In this document: positions 46,298 through 56,763 of the stretch, one piece after another
Numbering within the stretch: the stretch's first letter is position 1
Layout of the letters: each line of letters starts with the position of its first letter
Source: an uncultured Verrucomicrobiae bacterium
GTDB taxonomy: Bacteria > Chlamydiota > Chlamydiia > Chlamydiales > Rhabdochlamydiaceae
Length of the DNA stretch: 64,000 nucleotides
Direction: 5' to 3'
Assembly: GCA_963806855.1 (NCBI GenBank)
Contig: CAWDYW010000001.1
Coordinates: 544,001-608,000 of the forward strand
The notes under the pieces: model-generated
Databases searched by the model: none
What the model saw: only the letters and a program-made list of their open reading frames with translations
Told to the model about the DNA's origin: nothing
Translations under genes and position numbers: made by a program

Positions 46298-48934
46298 CTA
46301 CGGATGGGACTTTTCATATTCCAATAAAATAGCGTCTGCTTTTTGAAAGAACTCTTCATAGAGCGGGAGATCGCTTGGGTCTAGTCCAGGGTTTATCCTG
46401 AACTTTGGATCTATCCAGGTGATATTGGGATGGTGAAATCCAAAGCTTCCTCTCTCAAAGATCAGTCTTTCATGATCTATAAATGTCTTTAGAGCGACTT
46501 CTTGTAGCTTTCGACGCATGACATCTCGCTCCCACTCTGTATCTTCTTGTGGTTTTTTCATTTGGGCTGTGGGCTTGATATCGATCGTGATTTCGAAAAA
46601 GGGAGACAGTACTCCATTTTCAAAACTGCTAATGCTGATTTCTCTTCCCGATTGGGGTTTAAGTCTTTCTGGAACTACTTCCAAAATCCTTCGTGTATTT
46701 TCAAATAGGAGTTGTTTGTATTCGTCGACGATCTCAAATCCAGTTTCTGCCATCCAAGCGAAAAATTGGTGTGAAAGCTCATCAGTTTGAAAAACTTTAT
46801 CGGTCTTAATTTTATTGAAGCTTTCCCATTTTTTATCGCCATTATTCACAATATAGAAAGGGGCTCCATAATAGTTGTCTAATCCGAGCATGTCGAACTT
46901 TTGCCCGCTTCGGAAAACGACGATATTGAGTCTTCCTTCCTTGATCTCTTTTTCAAACTCTTTAAACAATGCTTTCAGGTCTTCGGATCTGGTGAAATCA
47001 ATTGTGGCGTCGATCGCTACTGTTAGAGCATCTGTTTTGGGTTTTTTGGCAAATATCGCTCGGATATCCGCAGCAATTGTCCCTTTTTGGTAATGGTTGT
47101 GCTTAGCATCGATATCGATATTGTGATGAAATTCTCCGACATAAAGATCGATCTTTTCAATATTAGGGTCTTCTAGGGCCTGATCTAAAGTCTTAGTTTC
47201 TCCAACGAGTTCCATTTCTTCATAGTAGGAGTGTGCTCCACAGATTCTCACAGCAGAGGGGCTATTTTGCATGACTGCCGCATTGACACCAGCAAAGATA
47301 TTCATGGCAGATTTAGCAAGCCCAACGGTGGTAGGCTCCATCGATTTAGGCAGTAGGGGCTGGATGAACGCCCTATACTGCTTTTCAAAAGTGCCGGCTT
47401 CAAAAGGCTTATAGAGTGTTAAAAGGACGGTCATTTCAGCATGAGCCCGATCAATTGCCTGTGAAAATTTTCTAAAATCACCTCGGAAGGTAATGGCAGT
47501 TGCTAAGTGCTGTGAAAGTCTAAACATTGCATTTTGTGTTAATTCTCGAATAATTGGATCGCTTTGCTTGGCTGTCCACATTTCTTCTGGTATCTCACAC
47601 AGCAATGTGATCATCATTTGTACTGTCGCTTTGACAAGTAGTGTTTGTGCTGGACCAACATTTTCAAATTTGCCATCGGCCATCTTCATCAACGTCGAGA
47701 AGAGTTGGGACTCAAGAATCTTGCCAGGCTTATCGTAGAGGACTACATCGGTTTTACCAGGAGGTGCGTAATCGACCATTTTCCCCTCTCCTAAATTGGC
47801 TATGGAACTTACATCGGTAAATAATTCTGCTGCAGCTTTTCTAAAGTTGATTGCCCCAAGTGCTGTTCCTGTATGAGCTACAAAACCTTGTACCTTTTCC
47901 CTAATCAAATCTCCTCTTGCATTCATTGCGCTAAATTTTCCTAGCCATTTTTCATGTTCAAAACCGAGATCATCATAAATTAAATTTAAAAAAAGAATTC
48001 CAGCTCGATTTGTAACCTCTGCACGGGAAACAATTGCAGTATTTATTATTAAGTAATCATGGACATTTGTTTGGATATCGGCGCGATTAGAATATTTAAC
48101 TTTAATTCTATCCGAGGCCTGTTTGAAAATCTGTTTCAGCGCTAGTTTTGCTTCTTCGGTTTTTTCCTCATATTTTCGTATTTTGTCAGGATCTTTATCG
48201 GTAATTAAACTTTGATCCATTTGCTGTGTGATATCAATAAGGATTGGAAATTGGAAATGTTCATTTGGAAATTGAGCGAGATTTTTCTCAAATTGCTCTA
48301 CAAGAATATCGACAATCTCATCGGGTTTAGATAGATCAGGTGCAACAATAAATCCGAGTTTATATAGATCTTGTATTTCAATTGTATCAAGTGCAATTAT
48401 ATCCATACTGGTTTCGTTTGAAGAGCCTATTCTGTTTACTAATTCAAGCAGATCGGCCGTCGAATTTTCTCTGAAGGCCCCTCGATGATACTGCCCTCCC
48501 AAAGTCAATTGTCCTAATTGAAGCATATTCTCATAGGCTTGCATATAAGCTTCTTGAAGCGGACTTCTAGTCGCAGCATTAAGATAGGCTGCTTTCTGGA
48601 GATAATTGGTCATCAAAAACCGGATCGTCTCTTTAGTTTCTTTATTATCGGTTCGTTGATAGGCAGAACAGAGCAGGGCAAAATTGAGCTCCCATTCGTA
48701 CAACTTGGGATGGCTCGGCTTTGTATCTGGTCTGACTGGTGTCACTAATCCAGATGGATCTGTGTAGGTTTTAGCCTTTGAAGTTTGCCCTGATAAAGCC
48801 TCTCTAGCTACCTTAGTAACTGTAGAGTCGAGATCGATTTTAGGCTTTTCATCCTCAATGCCACCATAAAGGCCCGGCAACTGCCCGGCAACTTCCCAGA
48901 ATGACTTTAGATATGTTGAAGCTGTACTAAACAA
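46298..48934 (-). CDS. Large hypothetical protein with C-terminal PLP-transferase-like motifs
   Basis: SAMN, AHSYYE, AIDAT, FRSGQKF...YGA resemble a fold type I PLP site; unknown N-terminal half. Confidence 0.55.
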   Translation of the reverse strand: MFSTASTYLKSFWEVAGQLPGLYGGIEDEKPKIDLDSTVTKVAREALSGQTSKAKTYTDPSGLVTPVRPDTKPSHPKLYEWELNFALLCSAYQRTDNKETKETIRFLMTNYLQKAAYLNAATRSPLQEAYMQAYENMLQLGQLTLGGQYHRGAFRENSTADLLELVNRIGSSNETSMDIIALDTIEIQDLYKLGFIVAPDLSKPDEIVDILVEQFEKNLAQFPNEHFQFPILIDITQQMDQSLITDKDPDKIRKYEEKTEEAKLALKQIFKQASDRIKVKYSNRADIQTNVHDYLIINTAIVSRAEVTNRAGILFLNLIYDDLGFEHEKWLGKFSAMNARGDLIREKVQGFVAHTGTALGAINFRKAAAELFTDVSSIANLGEGKMVDYAPPGKTDVVLYDKPGKILESQLFSTLMKMADGKFENVGPAQTLLVKATVQMMITLLCEIPEEMWTAKQSDPIIRELTQNAMFRLSQHLATAITFRGDFRKFSQAIDRAHAEMTVLLTLYKPFEAGTFEKQYRAFIQPLLPKSMEPTTVGLAKSAMNIFAGVNAAVMQNSPSAVRICGAHSYYEEMELVGETKTLDQALEDPNIEKIDLYVGEFHHNIDIDAKHNHYQKGTIAADIRAIFAKKPKTDALTVAIDATIDFTRSEDLKALFKEFEKEIKEGRLNIVVFRSGQKFDMLGLDNYYGAPFYIVNNGDKKWESFNKIKTDKVFQTDELSHQFFAWMAETGFEIVDEYKQLLFENTRRILEVVPERLKPQSGREISISSFENGVLSPFFEITIDIKPTAQMKKPQEDTEWERDVMRRKLQEVALKTFIDHERLIFERGSFGFHHPNITWIDPKFRINPGLDPSDLPLYEEFFQKADAILLEYEKSHP

Positions 48935-49245
48935 TTATTACCGCCTAATTTTAAGTTAATTAATAATAATTATTGATTTTGCATGGCCAAGCGTAGAAGC
49001 TCTTTGGCAAGAAGAATTAGAACTGCATCTATTGTTGTTATTCGCAGTATTAATTATTATTATAAATTAATTTGTTCCTTAACTATATTATAATAATTTT
49101 TTAATTTAATTGCAATAAAAATTTTTATATTAATAATTGCTTAAAGATAAAGCACATAAAGCGGATATCTCAGCTCGAAGGGATGTTAGAATTGAGTCTA
49201 ACCACTTTAGCGTGAAGTATTTGGGTAAGAATTGGTGATTAACTC

Positions 49246-49291
49246 AAGGATAGGAAAAACAAGCGACTTTAAGCTCTTCCCCCTCGGGGGA
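49246..49291. repeat. Half copy of the palindromic core at 41495-41540
   Basis: aaggataggaaaaacaagcga...ctcttccc...ggggga, 42/46 identical. Confidence 0.75.
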
Positions 49292-49405
49292 CCAAGATTC
49301 CCATATAAGAATTAGGCGGTTGAATCTTTAAAAGCCTGTGCTATACTGAGCCCGCTTATATGGATTTGGGAAACAAGCCGATCCAATGACTGGAATGGGA
49401 GAATC

Positions 49406-51604
49406 ATGATTTTTAGAACTTTTATATTGATCGCAACGCTTGGACTATCATCCTATCCTTGTGCATATGCCCGAATGAGTGATGAAAGCAATCCCCCTGT
49501 GCAATATCTATTAGATAGTGCCGAAATTAATTGGGAAGGGCGCACTCCTTTACAAACTGCTCTAAATGATGGGGATCAAGCGCGCAGCCGACGATTGATT
49601 ACAGAAGGGGCCGATATCCATGCGCGAGATATCTCGGGCAGAACTGCCTTGCATTATGCTTGTTATCGCCAGATTGAGATGGCTAAACTTCTGATCGACC
49701 TCGGAGCTAATGTCAATAACAAAGACAATTACGGTGAGACTCCCCTTAGAATTGCCGTTGAAATGGGAGAGTTAGAACTATGTCGCGCACTCATTGCAAA
49801 TGGGGCAGATGTAAATCAAAGAGATTTCACTAGAGGCTCTCTTTTACAGTCAGCAGCATGCAGTAGCAATCCGATAGAGCTCATTAACCTGCTTATCGAA
49901 AATGGGCTCCGCCTCAGGGTTTCTAGCCATGAAGGTTATGATATCGTGACACAAGCTCTGTTCAGAGCATTGGATTGGAATTGCGAAGAAGCGGTTTCCC
50001 TTTACCTCATCAAGAAGGGAGCTAAAGTCAATTTAAGGAATTCAGAACTCAGGACCCCCCTTCATTATGCTGCCATGCTGGGGCAACTTGATTGTATGAA
50101 GCTAATGATTAAAAAAGGGGGGGATATTCATGCAGTCGATCGGGAAGGACGTGCCCCCTTGCACTATGCTGCTGGCAGAGGAAATTTGCAAATGGTCGAA
50201 TTGCTGATCAAACAAGGAGCCGATTGCAATGCCCGGGATGCCGATAACAAAACCCCGCTCTCCCATGCAGTTTCTGAGAATTGCTTCGAAATAGGCTCTT
50301 TTTTATTGAGTAAAGGGGCAAAGGTCAATATCCAGGACCGTCATGGCAATACCCCTTTGCATGAGATCCATTCGGCTGAAATTGGTGAATTGCTCCTCTC
50401 TAAAGGGGCCAATATCAATGCGCGCAATTGGGATGGAAAGACCCCGCTTATCCACTCCATTGTTTTTAATCCAGATATGTCTAGCTTCTTCATCGAAAAG
50501 GGGGCTGATCGCAATGCTCGGGATTACCTTGGTCGGTCTGTGCTCATGTATGCAATCGCTGAATCTTATACAAATTTATCGACAAGTCTAATCGATGCCG
50601 GAGTAGATATTCATGGGGTCGATATTTTGGGGAGGACCCCTATAGTACAGGCTTTAGAGAAAAATAGCGGCATCCTTGTGAAAAAACTCATCCATGCTGG
50701 GGCTTCTATTGCAACCAAAGATACCGAAGGAAAGAGTCTTTTGCATTGTGCTGCTCTGTATTCGAGCGCCCCGCTTATGCAACTTCTCATTGAGAATGGG
50801 CTAGATGTCGATGAAAAAGATCGGGATGGCAGAACGCCTCTGCATTATGTCATGATGAGATCATCACTTGAAATGGAAGCGGTGAAGCTGCTGTTAGAAA
50901 AGGGAGCTGAACTCAATGCCAAAGACGATCGAGATCAGACCCCTTTGCATTTGGCATGCTATAGAAGCGATAATATACATCTCATTCGGTATCTGATTGA
51001 AAATGGGGCTGATATTCATGCTGCAACTGAAGATGGGGTAACTCCTCTCCATGAGGCAGTTTGCAGATTACGCTCTGAAGCCCTTATTGAGCTCCTTCTT
51101 GAAAAAGGGGCCCAGGTCAATACTTGTTCGAAAAGCAGTGGGATTACGCCTCTCATGGAGGCCGCACGGCAGGGCAATTTGTTTATTGCGGATCTACTTC
51201 TTAAGGCAGGCGCCCTTCTAAATGCGAGAGACTCAATGGGTTGGACTCCATTTTTCCATGCGATCGGAAGCGATGAAAGCGACATGGTCAAACTCTTAAT
51301 GGCCTATGGAGCGGATCTTGACAACCTGGCTGAGGATAAGCGTAATTGCCTTCATTTGGCTGCAGATTTTGGGAGAATGGAATTGGTACAATTATTCCTA
51401 GATAAGGGAGTCAATGTCAATGCTCTAAATGAAGAAGGACAAACTCCTCTCCATGATGCTCTTCTTTCAAGACAGTGGGATGTAGCGCAATTACTCATTG
51501 AGCATGGGGCAGACACTCACATCCATAATAAAGAGGGGAAGGCCCCATTGGAATTAGTCGAAGAGACAAGCCGGTGGATCCATTTTCCCAATAATTTGTT
51601 TTAG
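49406..51604 (+). CDS. Long ankyrin repeat protein with signal peptide
   Basis: About 20 G.TPLH.A ankyrin units; hydrophobic N-terminus ending AYA. Confidence 0.9.
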   Translation: MIFRTFILIATLGLSSYPCAYARMSDESNPPVQYLLDSAEINWEGRTPLQTALNDGDQARSRRLITEGADIHARDISGRTALHYACYRQIEMAKLLIDLGANVNNKDNYGETPLRIAVEMGELELCRALIANGADVNQRDFTRGSLLQSAACSSNPIELINLLIENGLRLRVSSHEGYDIVTQALFRALDWNCEEAVSLYLIKKGAKVNLRNSELRTPLHYAAMLGQLDCMKLMIKKGGDIHAVDREGRAPLHYAAGRGNLQMVELLIKQGADCNARDADNKTPLSHAVSENCFEIGSFLLSKGAKVNIQDRHGNTPLHEIHSAEIGELLLSKGANINARNWDGKTPLIHSIVFNPDMSSFFIEKGADRNARDYLGRSVLMYAIAESYTNLSTSLIDAGVDIHGVDILGRTPIVQALEKNSGILVKKLIHAGASIATKDTEGKSLLHCAALYSSAPLMQLLIENGLDVDEKDRDGRTPLHYVMMRSSLEMEAVKLLLEKGAELNAKDDRDQTPLHLACYRSDNIHLIRYLIENGADIHAATEDGVTPLHEAVCRLRSEALIELLLEKGAQVNTCSKSSGITPLMEAARQGNLFIADLLLKAGALLNARDSMGWTPFFHAIGSDESDMVKLLMAYGADLDNLAEDKRNCLHLAADFGRMELVQLFLDKGVNVNALNEEGQTPLHDALLSRQWDVAQLLIEHGADTHIHNKEGKAPLELVEETSRWIHFPNNLF

Positions 51605-52233
51605 ATTTCATCTAATTGATTGGGGATAACCTTGTTATGCCTCCAATCTGCATCTGTCATGATATGCCCTTTCCTCACCCATTTGGCAACGTGTTGACTA
51701 AAAGAATCATAAGAAAAGCTCTGAGAGGTGCGCACAACATACCCCTCACAATAATCGGTATCTATAGACAGTTGGGAGATTTTTTTTTCATTCCATAAGC
51801 CATGGTAGAATTCTTTAGGCGTTTTAAGATCTAGTAACTTAGCCCATTCCAATGTTTCCGACCAATCGAGACAGACATTTTGATCGTTCCAAATTGAAAA
51901 CAAATAAAAATAGCTTTCCAACTGCTCATAGGCAATTGAATGCTGTGCATACAGATTTTCGCCACAAAATCTCCAACCAGGAGGTATTGAGTAGCAAATG
52001 CTTGAGTGCAATTTTTTTACCCATTCCCTAGATATATGAGATCGGCTGTCGATCGAACGAGCATGGATATGATCTATATACATGGTCGTATTCTCACCAT
52101 CCAATTTCTCAGTCACTATAACTTCTTTATTTTCAAAGTGTTTAGCGCTTTGCAATGAAAGATCATCATCTATATAACCAGGTGACCAAGGAAGGTGAGG
52201 AGTACGAGGATATTTATATCGATTGCTTTCCAT
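51601..52233 (-). CDS. ATP-dependent RNA ligase family protein
   Basis: KYPRTPHLPWS, motif I TEKLDGEN, CGENLYAQHSI, EGYVVR, AKWVR. Confidence 0.88.
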   Translation of the reverse strand: MESNRYKYPRTPHLPWSPGYIDDDLSLQSAKHFENKEVIVTEKLDGENTTMYIDHIHARSIDSRSHISREWVKKLHSSICYSIPPGWRFCGENLYAQHSIAYEQLESYFYLFSIWNDQNVCLDWSETLEWAKLLDLKTPKEFYHGLWNEKKISQLSIDTDYCEGYVVRTSQSFSYDSFSQHVAKWVRKGHIMTDADWRHNKVIPNQLDEI

Positions 52234-52277
52234 TCATCCCACCAAGTTTGCTTTAATTTATGCTCACATCATTTTTC

Positions 52278-52652
52278 CTATTTGATGAACCAGTAGATAA
52301 TCTTTTGAATCATAGAGATGAAGATAAGAAATAGAATTGTTAAAAATGGCAATAGAGCATACAAACGTATCTTGTTCATATTCTGCCTACGGTAATGAGA
52401 CCACATTTTTCCAATACTGACCAGCATCGATAATGGAATACATAGGCTTTGAGAGATGGATAATAGCCCTTGAATGGGAGCCTCTCTTATACTGAGTAGT
52501 GTGAATATAGTTGAATAGAATAGCCCCCATAAAACAAAGGGAAGGCCCAGAGAATATAGCACGGTAAAAAAAATCGTCAAGCCCTTCATCGATCTTACTT
52601 CTGGAGAATTTGCTTTAAACCGGACCTTAATTATGTCATTTTCTAAACTCAT
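52278..52652 (-). CDS. Hypothetical membrane protein (three TM)
   Basis: 124 aa with three hydrophobic segments. Confidence 0.55.
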   Translation of the reverse strand: MSLENDIIKVRFKANSPEVRSMKGLTIFFTVLYSLGLPFVLWGLFYSTIFTLLSIREAPIQGLLSISQSLCIPLSMLVSIGKMWSHYRRQNMNKIRLYALLPFLTILFLIFISMIQKIIYWFIK

Positions 52653-52685
52653 AGCTCAAAATAGTACTCTGCAGGAGAGAAAAGC

Positions 52686-54239
52686 TCAAGGACTCTGCAG
52701 CTTTTTTTTAAGATTTTGAATATGGAAATTTATAGCGACATCCCAATACCAATGGGTTTCAAAAAAGGGGTCAGGAATCATGGAAAAAGGGCGAGAAATA
52801 GCTCTGCCAGGACCTATTTCGGTTAATAGGACCCAAACAGCGCCAAAAAAGGGGATTAAAGCTATAGCAGAAGCTCTAAGTCTTTTTAAATCCATCTTAA
52901 GGAGTTCCTCTGCTTTTCTTCTTTTAAGTTCGAGTTCAAGCCATTCGAGATCTTCCTGGGTATTAAAGGCCGTTTCAATGAATTCATCCGTAAACTCAAA
53001 GTCATAATTTTTAGCTCCATGAAGATATGCACCAATGCGCTTGTTCCTACGGGCTAACCGTGGAGGCACTTTGATTGGATCGGCTTGTTTGCCATCCCAA
53101 TGGGTATAGTCTTGTCCAGCCACTCTCCCAAATTTTTCTCTAGCACCTTTTGACAACATTGCTTTTAAGAGAGGTCGGTAATCAAGCCAATCTAATAGGG
53201 CTTTCACTGCAAAAATAGGAGTACACACTAAACCGGCAATTGGAGCGAGCGGTATGGCCAAAATGACTCCTAAAGCCCCGATGACACAGAGAATCCCCAA
53301 TACTGCAATTTCTGTGAGATTTTCCCTGCCCCATATTTTGCTAATGAGGACGATCCTTAGATCATTCTTGAGTTCATCGCTTGCAAACCTAAGTGCCCTT
53401 CCATCTTGTTTTACAGTTGTGAGGACGATCTCTCGATCATTCTTGAGTTCATCCCTTGCATACTGAAGCGCATATCCATTTTGTTGCACAGCTGCGAGGA
53501 CGATCTCTCGATCCTTCCTGAGTTCATCGGAAGCATATTCAAGCGCCGATCCATAATTCGTTACAGCTACCAGGACGATCTCATGATCCTTCTTGAGTTG
53601 ATCACTTGCAAACTGAAGCGCATATCCAGTTTGTTTCACAGCTGCGAGGACGATCTCTCGATCATTCTTGAGTTCATCGGAAGCATATTCAAGAGCCGAT
53701 CCACATTGTTTTACAGCAGTGAAGACGATCTCCCGATCATTCTTGAACTCATCGCTGGCATATTCAAGCGGCGACCCACATTGTTGTACAGCCGCAAGGA
53801 CGATCTCTCGATCATTCTTGAACTCGTCGCCTGCAAATTTAAGCGCCCATCCATCTTGTTGCACAGCCGCAAGGACGATCTCTCGATCATTCTTGAACTC
53901 GTCGCTGGCATAATAAAGCGCCCACCCACGGTGTTGTACAGCCGCAAGGACGATCTCTGGATCTTTCTTAAGCTCATCGCTTGCAAACTGAAGTGCCCTT
54001 CCATCTTGGTTCATAGCTGCGAGGACGATCTCTCGATCATTCTTGAGTTCATCGCTTGCAAACCGAAGTGCCTCTCCATTTTGCTTTATAGCTGCGAGGA
54101 CGATCTCACGATCCTTCTTAAGTTCATCGCTTTCTAATTCCAGCTTTGATCCCATCCTTTTCATGTCAGCAAGGATCTTATCTCTATCTCTCATACATTT
54201 TTCACTTTGTTCTAATTTTAGGTGATCTTCTCTTCTCAA
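52686..54239 (-). CDS. DUF4116 repeat protein with C-terminal membrane domain
   Basis: About ten 25-aa AVxQxGxALxFASDELKNDREIVLA units, then hydrophobic helices. Confidence 0.85.
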   Translation of the reverse strand: MRREDHLKLEQSEKCMRDRDKILADMKRMGSKLELESDELKKDREIVLAAIKQNGEALRFASDELKNDREIVLAAMNQDGRALQFASDELKKDPEIVLAAVQHRGWALYYASDEFKNDREIVLAAVQQDGWALKFAGDEFKNDREIVLAAVQQCGSPLEYASDEFKNDREIVFTAVKQCGSALEYASDELKNDREIVLAAVKQTGYALQFASDQLKKDHEIVLVAVTNYGSALEYASDELRKDREIVLAAVQQNGYALQYARDELKNDREIVLTTVKQDGRALRFASDELKNDLRIVLISKIWGRENLTEIAVLGILCVIGALGVILAIPLAPIAGLVCTPIFAVKALLDWLDYRPLLKAMLSKGAREKFGRVAGQDYTHWDGKQADPIKVPPRLARRNKRIGAYLHGAKNYDFEFTDEFIETAFNTQEDLEWLELELKRRKAEELLKMDLKRLRASAIALIPFFGAVWVLLTEIGPGRAISRPFSMIPDPFFETHWYWDVAINFHIQNLKKKLQSP

Positions 54240-54245
54240 AAATTT

Positions 54246-56084
54246 TCAGTCGAGTTTATCAGTATAAGCTACAAATTCAGGGTCATCTGCGAAGCAATCA
54301 TCTGCAAATCGAAGAGCATAAGGATATTGCTTCACAGCTGCGAGGACGATCTCTCGATCCTTCTTGAGTTCATCACTTGCAAATCTTAGCGCCTCCCCAT
54401 TTTGCTTTACAGCTGCGAGGACGATCTCTCGATCGTTCTGAAGTTCACCAGTTTCAAACTGAAGCGCCGCCCCATTTTGTTGTACAGCAGCAAGAACGAT
54501 CTCTCGATCCTTCCTAAGTGCATAGCTTACGAACTCAAGAGCCTCTCCATTTTGCTTCACAGCAGCAAGAACGATTTCTCGCTCATTGTTTTCCTGAAAG
54601 CAAAGCCCGGCATAATAAAGCGCTTCAGGGTCTTGCTTCACAGCTGCGAGGACGATCTCTGGATCCTTCCTAAGCTCATCGCTTGGACACTGAAGCGCCC
54701 TTCCATCTTGGTTCACAGCTGCTAGGACGATCTCCCGATCATTCTTAAGTTCATCGCTTGCAAACTGAAGTGCCCTTCCATCTTGGTTCACAGCTGCTTG
54801 GACGATCTCCCGATCATTCTTAAGTTCATCGCTTGCAAACTGAAGTGCCGTTCCATCTTTCTTTACAGCTGCGAGGACGATCTCTCGATCATTCTTGAAC
54901 TCATCACTGACATATTGAAGCTTCGACCCTTCGTATTGCACAGCCGCAAGGACAACCTCTGGATCCTTCTTAAGCTCATCGCTTGCAAAGTGAAGCCAAA
55001 AGACACCTTTTTTCACAGCAGCAAGAACGAGTTCTCGATCATTCTTGAACTCATCACGGGCATGCAACTCAAGGTTATATAAATCAAGCGCATATCCACA
55101 TTGCTTTATAGCTGCGAGGACGATCTCTCGATCACTTTTGAGCTCATCACTGGCATCCTCAAACGCATATACATTTTGTTGCATAGCTGCAAGGACGATC
55201 TCTCGATCATTCCTGAGTTCATCGCTTGCAAACTGAAGTGCCATTCCATATTGCTTCACTGCTGCGAGGACGATTTCTCGATCATTCTTGAGTTCATCGC
55301 TTGCAAACTGAAGTGCGATTCCATAATTCTCTACAGCTGCAAGGACGATCTCACGATCGTTCTTAAGTTCATCGGAAGCATATTCGAGCGTCGTCCCATT
55401 TTGTTGTACAGCTGCAAGGAAGATCTCTCTATCCTTCTTGAGTTCATCGGAAGCATATTCGAGCGTCGCCCCATTTTGTTGTACAGCAGCAAGAACGATT
55501 TCTCGATCATTCTTGAGTTCATCGCTTGCAAACTGAAGCGCCCATCCATAATTCGTTACAGCTGCGAGGACGATCTCTCGATCATTCTTGAACTCATCAC
55601 TGGCATATTCAAGCGCGGATCCATGTTGTTGCACAGCCGCAAGGACTATCTCTCGATCATTCTTGAGTGCGTCGCTTGCAAACTTAAGCGCGGATCCATG
55701 TTGTTGCACAGCCGCAAGGACTATCTCTCGATCATTCTTGAGTGCGTCGCTTGCAAACTTAAGCGCCGCCCCATTTTGTTGTACAGCAGCAAGGAAGATC
55801 TCTCGATCCTTCATGAGTTCATCGCTTGCAAACTGAAGCGCATATACATTTTGCTTTACCGCTGCGAGGGCGATCTCTCGATCCTTCTTGAGTGCATCGC
55901 TGACAAACTGAAGGGCCATTCCAAAATTCTCTACAGCTGCAAGGACGATCTCACGATCGTTCTTAACTTCATCGCTTTCTAACTGTAGCCTTGATCCCAT
56001 CCTTTTCATTTCAGCAAGGATCTTATCTCTATCTCTCATAAATTTTTCACTTTGTTCTAATTTTAGGTGATCTTCTCTTCTCAA
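54246..56084 (-). CDS. DUF4116 repeat protein (about 22 units)
   Basis: 75 bp/25-aa tandem repeats; N-terminal 49 aa nearly identical to the downstream paralog. Confidence 0.88.
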   Translation of the reverse strand: MRREDHLKLEQSEKFMRDRDKILAEMKRMGSRLQLESDEVKNDREIVLAAVENFGMALQFVSDALKKDREIALAAVKQNVYALQFASDELMKDREIFLAAVQQNGAALKFASDALKNDREIVLAAVQQHGSALKFASDALKNDREIVLAAVQQHGSALEYASDEFKNDREIVLAAVTNYGWALQFASDELKNDREIVLAAVQQNGATLEYASDELKKDREIFLAAVQQNGTTLEYASDELKNDREIVLAAVENYGIALQFASDELKNDREIVLAAVKQYGMALQFASDELRNDREIVLAAMQQNVYAFEDASDELKSDREIVLAAIKQCGYALDLYNLELHARDEFKNDRELVLAAVKKGVFWLHFASDELKKDPEVVLAAVQYEGSKLQYVSDEFKNDREIVLAAVKKDGTALQFASDELKNDREIVQAAVNQDGRALQFASDELKNDREIVLAAVNQDGRALQCPSDELRKDPEIVLAAVKQDPEALYYAGLCFQENNEREIVLAAVKQNGEALEFVSYALRKDREIVLAAVQQNGAALQFETGELQNDREIVLAAVKQNGEALRFASDELKKDREIVLAAVKQYPYALRFADDCFADDPEFVAYTDKLD

Positions 56085-56271
56085 GAGTTTTCAATCGAAT
56101 TTATCATTACTAATATTTTATATCAATACAGAAGATGGTTTGTTAAAGAGTTTGTTTTTCAAAAACATCTCGCTTGTATCAAAAAATGGACTTGTATAAG
56201 ATAATATACTCCTTAAACCGAGTGAATATAGGGGTAGGCAATTCCAAGTTGCTATATTTAGACTTCCTTCG

Positions 56272-56751
56272 ATGACGGGCAATGCTGGGGATCTCTTAGA
56301 AGCAGTCTTGCCAGATCTATCGACTACGATCTATGAAAGGAGGGCGCCTTTAGAAGCCGCTCCCTTAAAAACGGACTGTTTGACTTCAATACACTATCTT
56401 TTCTCGAAGGCATTGGGCATCCATATTCCACTAACTTTTGTAGGGGATATGCCGCGGCAGCTTAGATCTTCTGGATGGGACTTTCATGTAGTTGATATAG
56501 CTGAATTAAGATCAGGGGATCTCCTATTTTTAAAGCGTAAAGAAGAACCTCGGCTGATTATTCATGCCGCATTAGTGTTGAGTGTGGATAGGATCGTCCA
56601 TTGTAAAAGAGATATAGGAATAGTGCTTGAATCGATAGACAGTGTTTTCGAAGTTTATGAGCAACAAATACATGAGGATCAACTCATCTATATCGATTAT
56701 AGAAATGAGGGACTTCGAGAAAAGTATGGCGGATGCTATCTAGAAGTCTAG
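56272..56751 (+). CDS. NlpC/P60-family protein
   Basis: TDC catalytic Cys, LRSGDLLF, IHAAL His, IVHC. Confidence 0.7.
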   Translation: MTGNAGDLLEAVLPDLSTTIYERRAPLEAAPLKTDCLTSIHYLFSKALGIHIPLTFVGDMPRQLRSSGWDFHVVDIAELRSGDLLFLKRKEEPRLIIHAALVLSVDRIVHCKRDIGIVLESIDSVFEVYEQQIHEDQLIYIDYRNEGLREKYGGCYLEV

Positions 56752-56763
56752 CAATAGAGAAAT

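Noticed and set aside
53406..55982. Long plus-strand ORFs (243 and 293 aa) over the DUF4116 genes
   Set aside because: Antisense shadows of the repeat
53350..56000. CRISPR-like periodic array
   Set aside because: 75 bp units are in-frame coding repeats with no unique spacers and no cas genes
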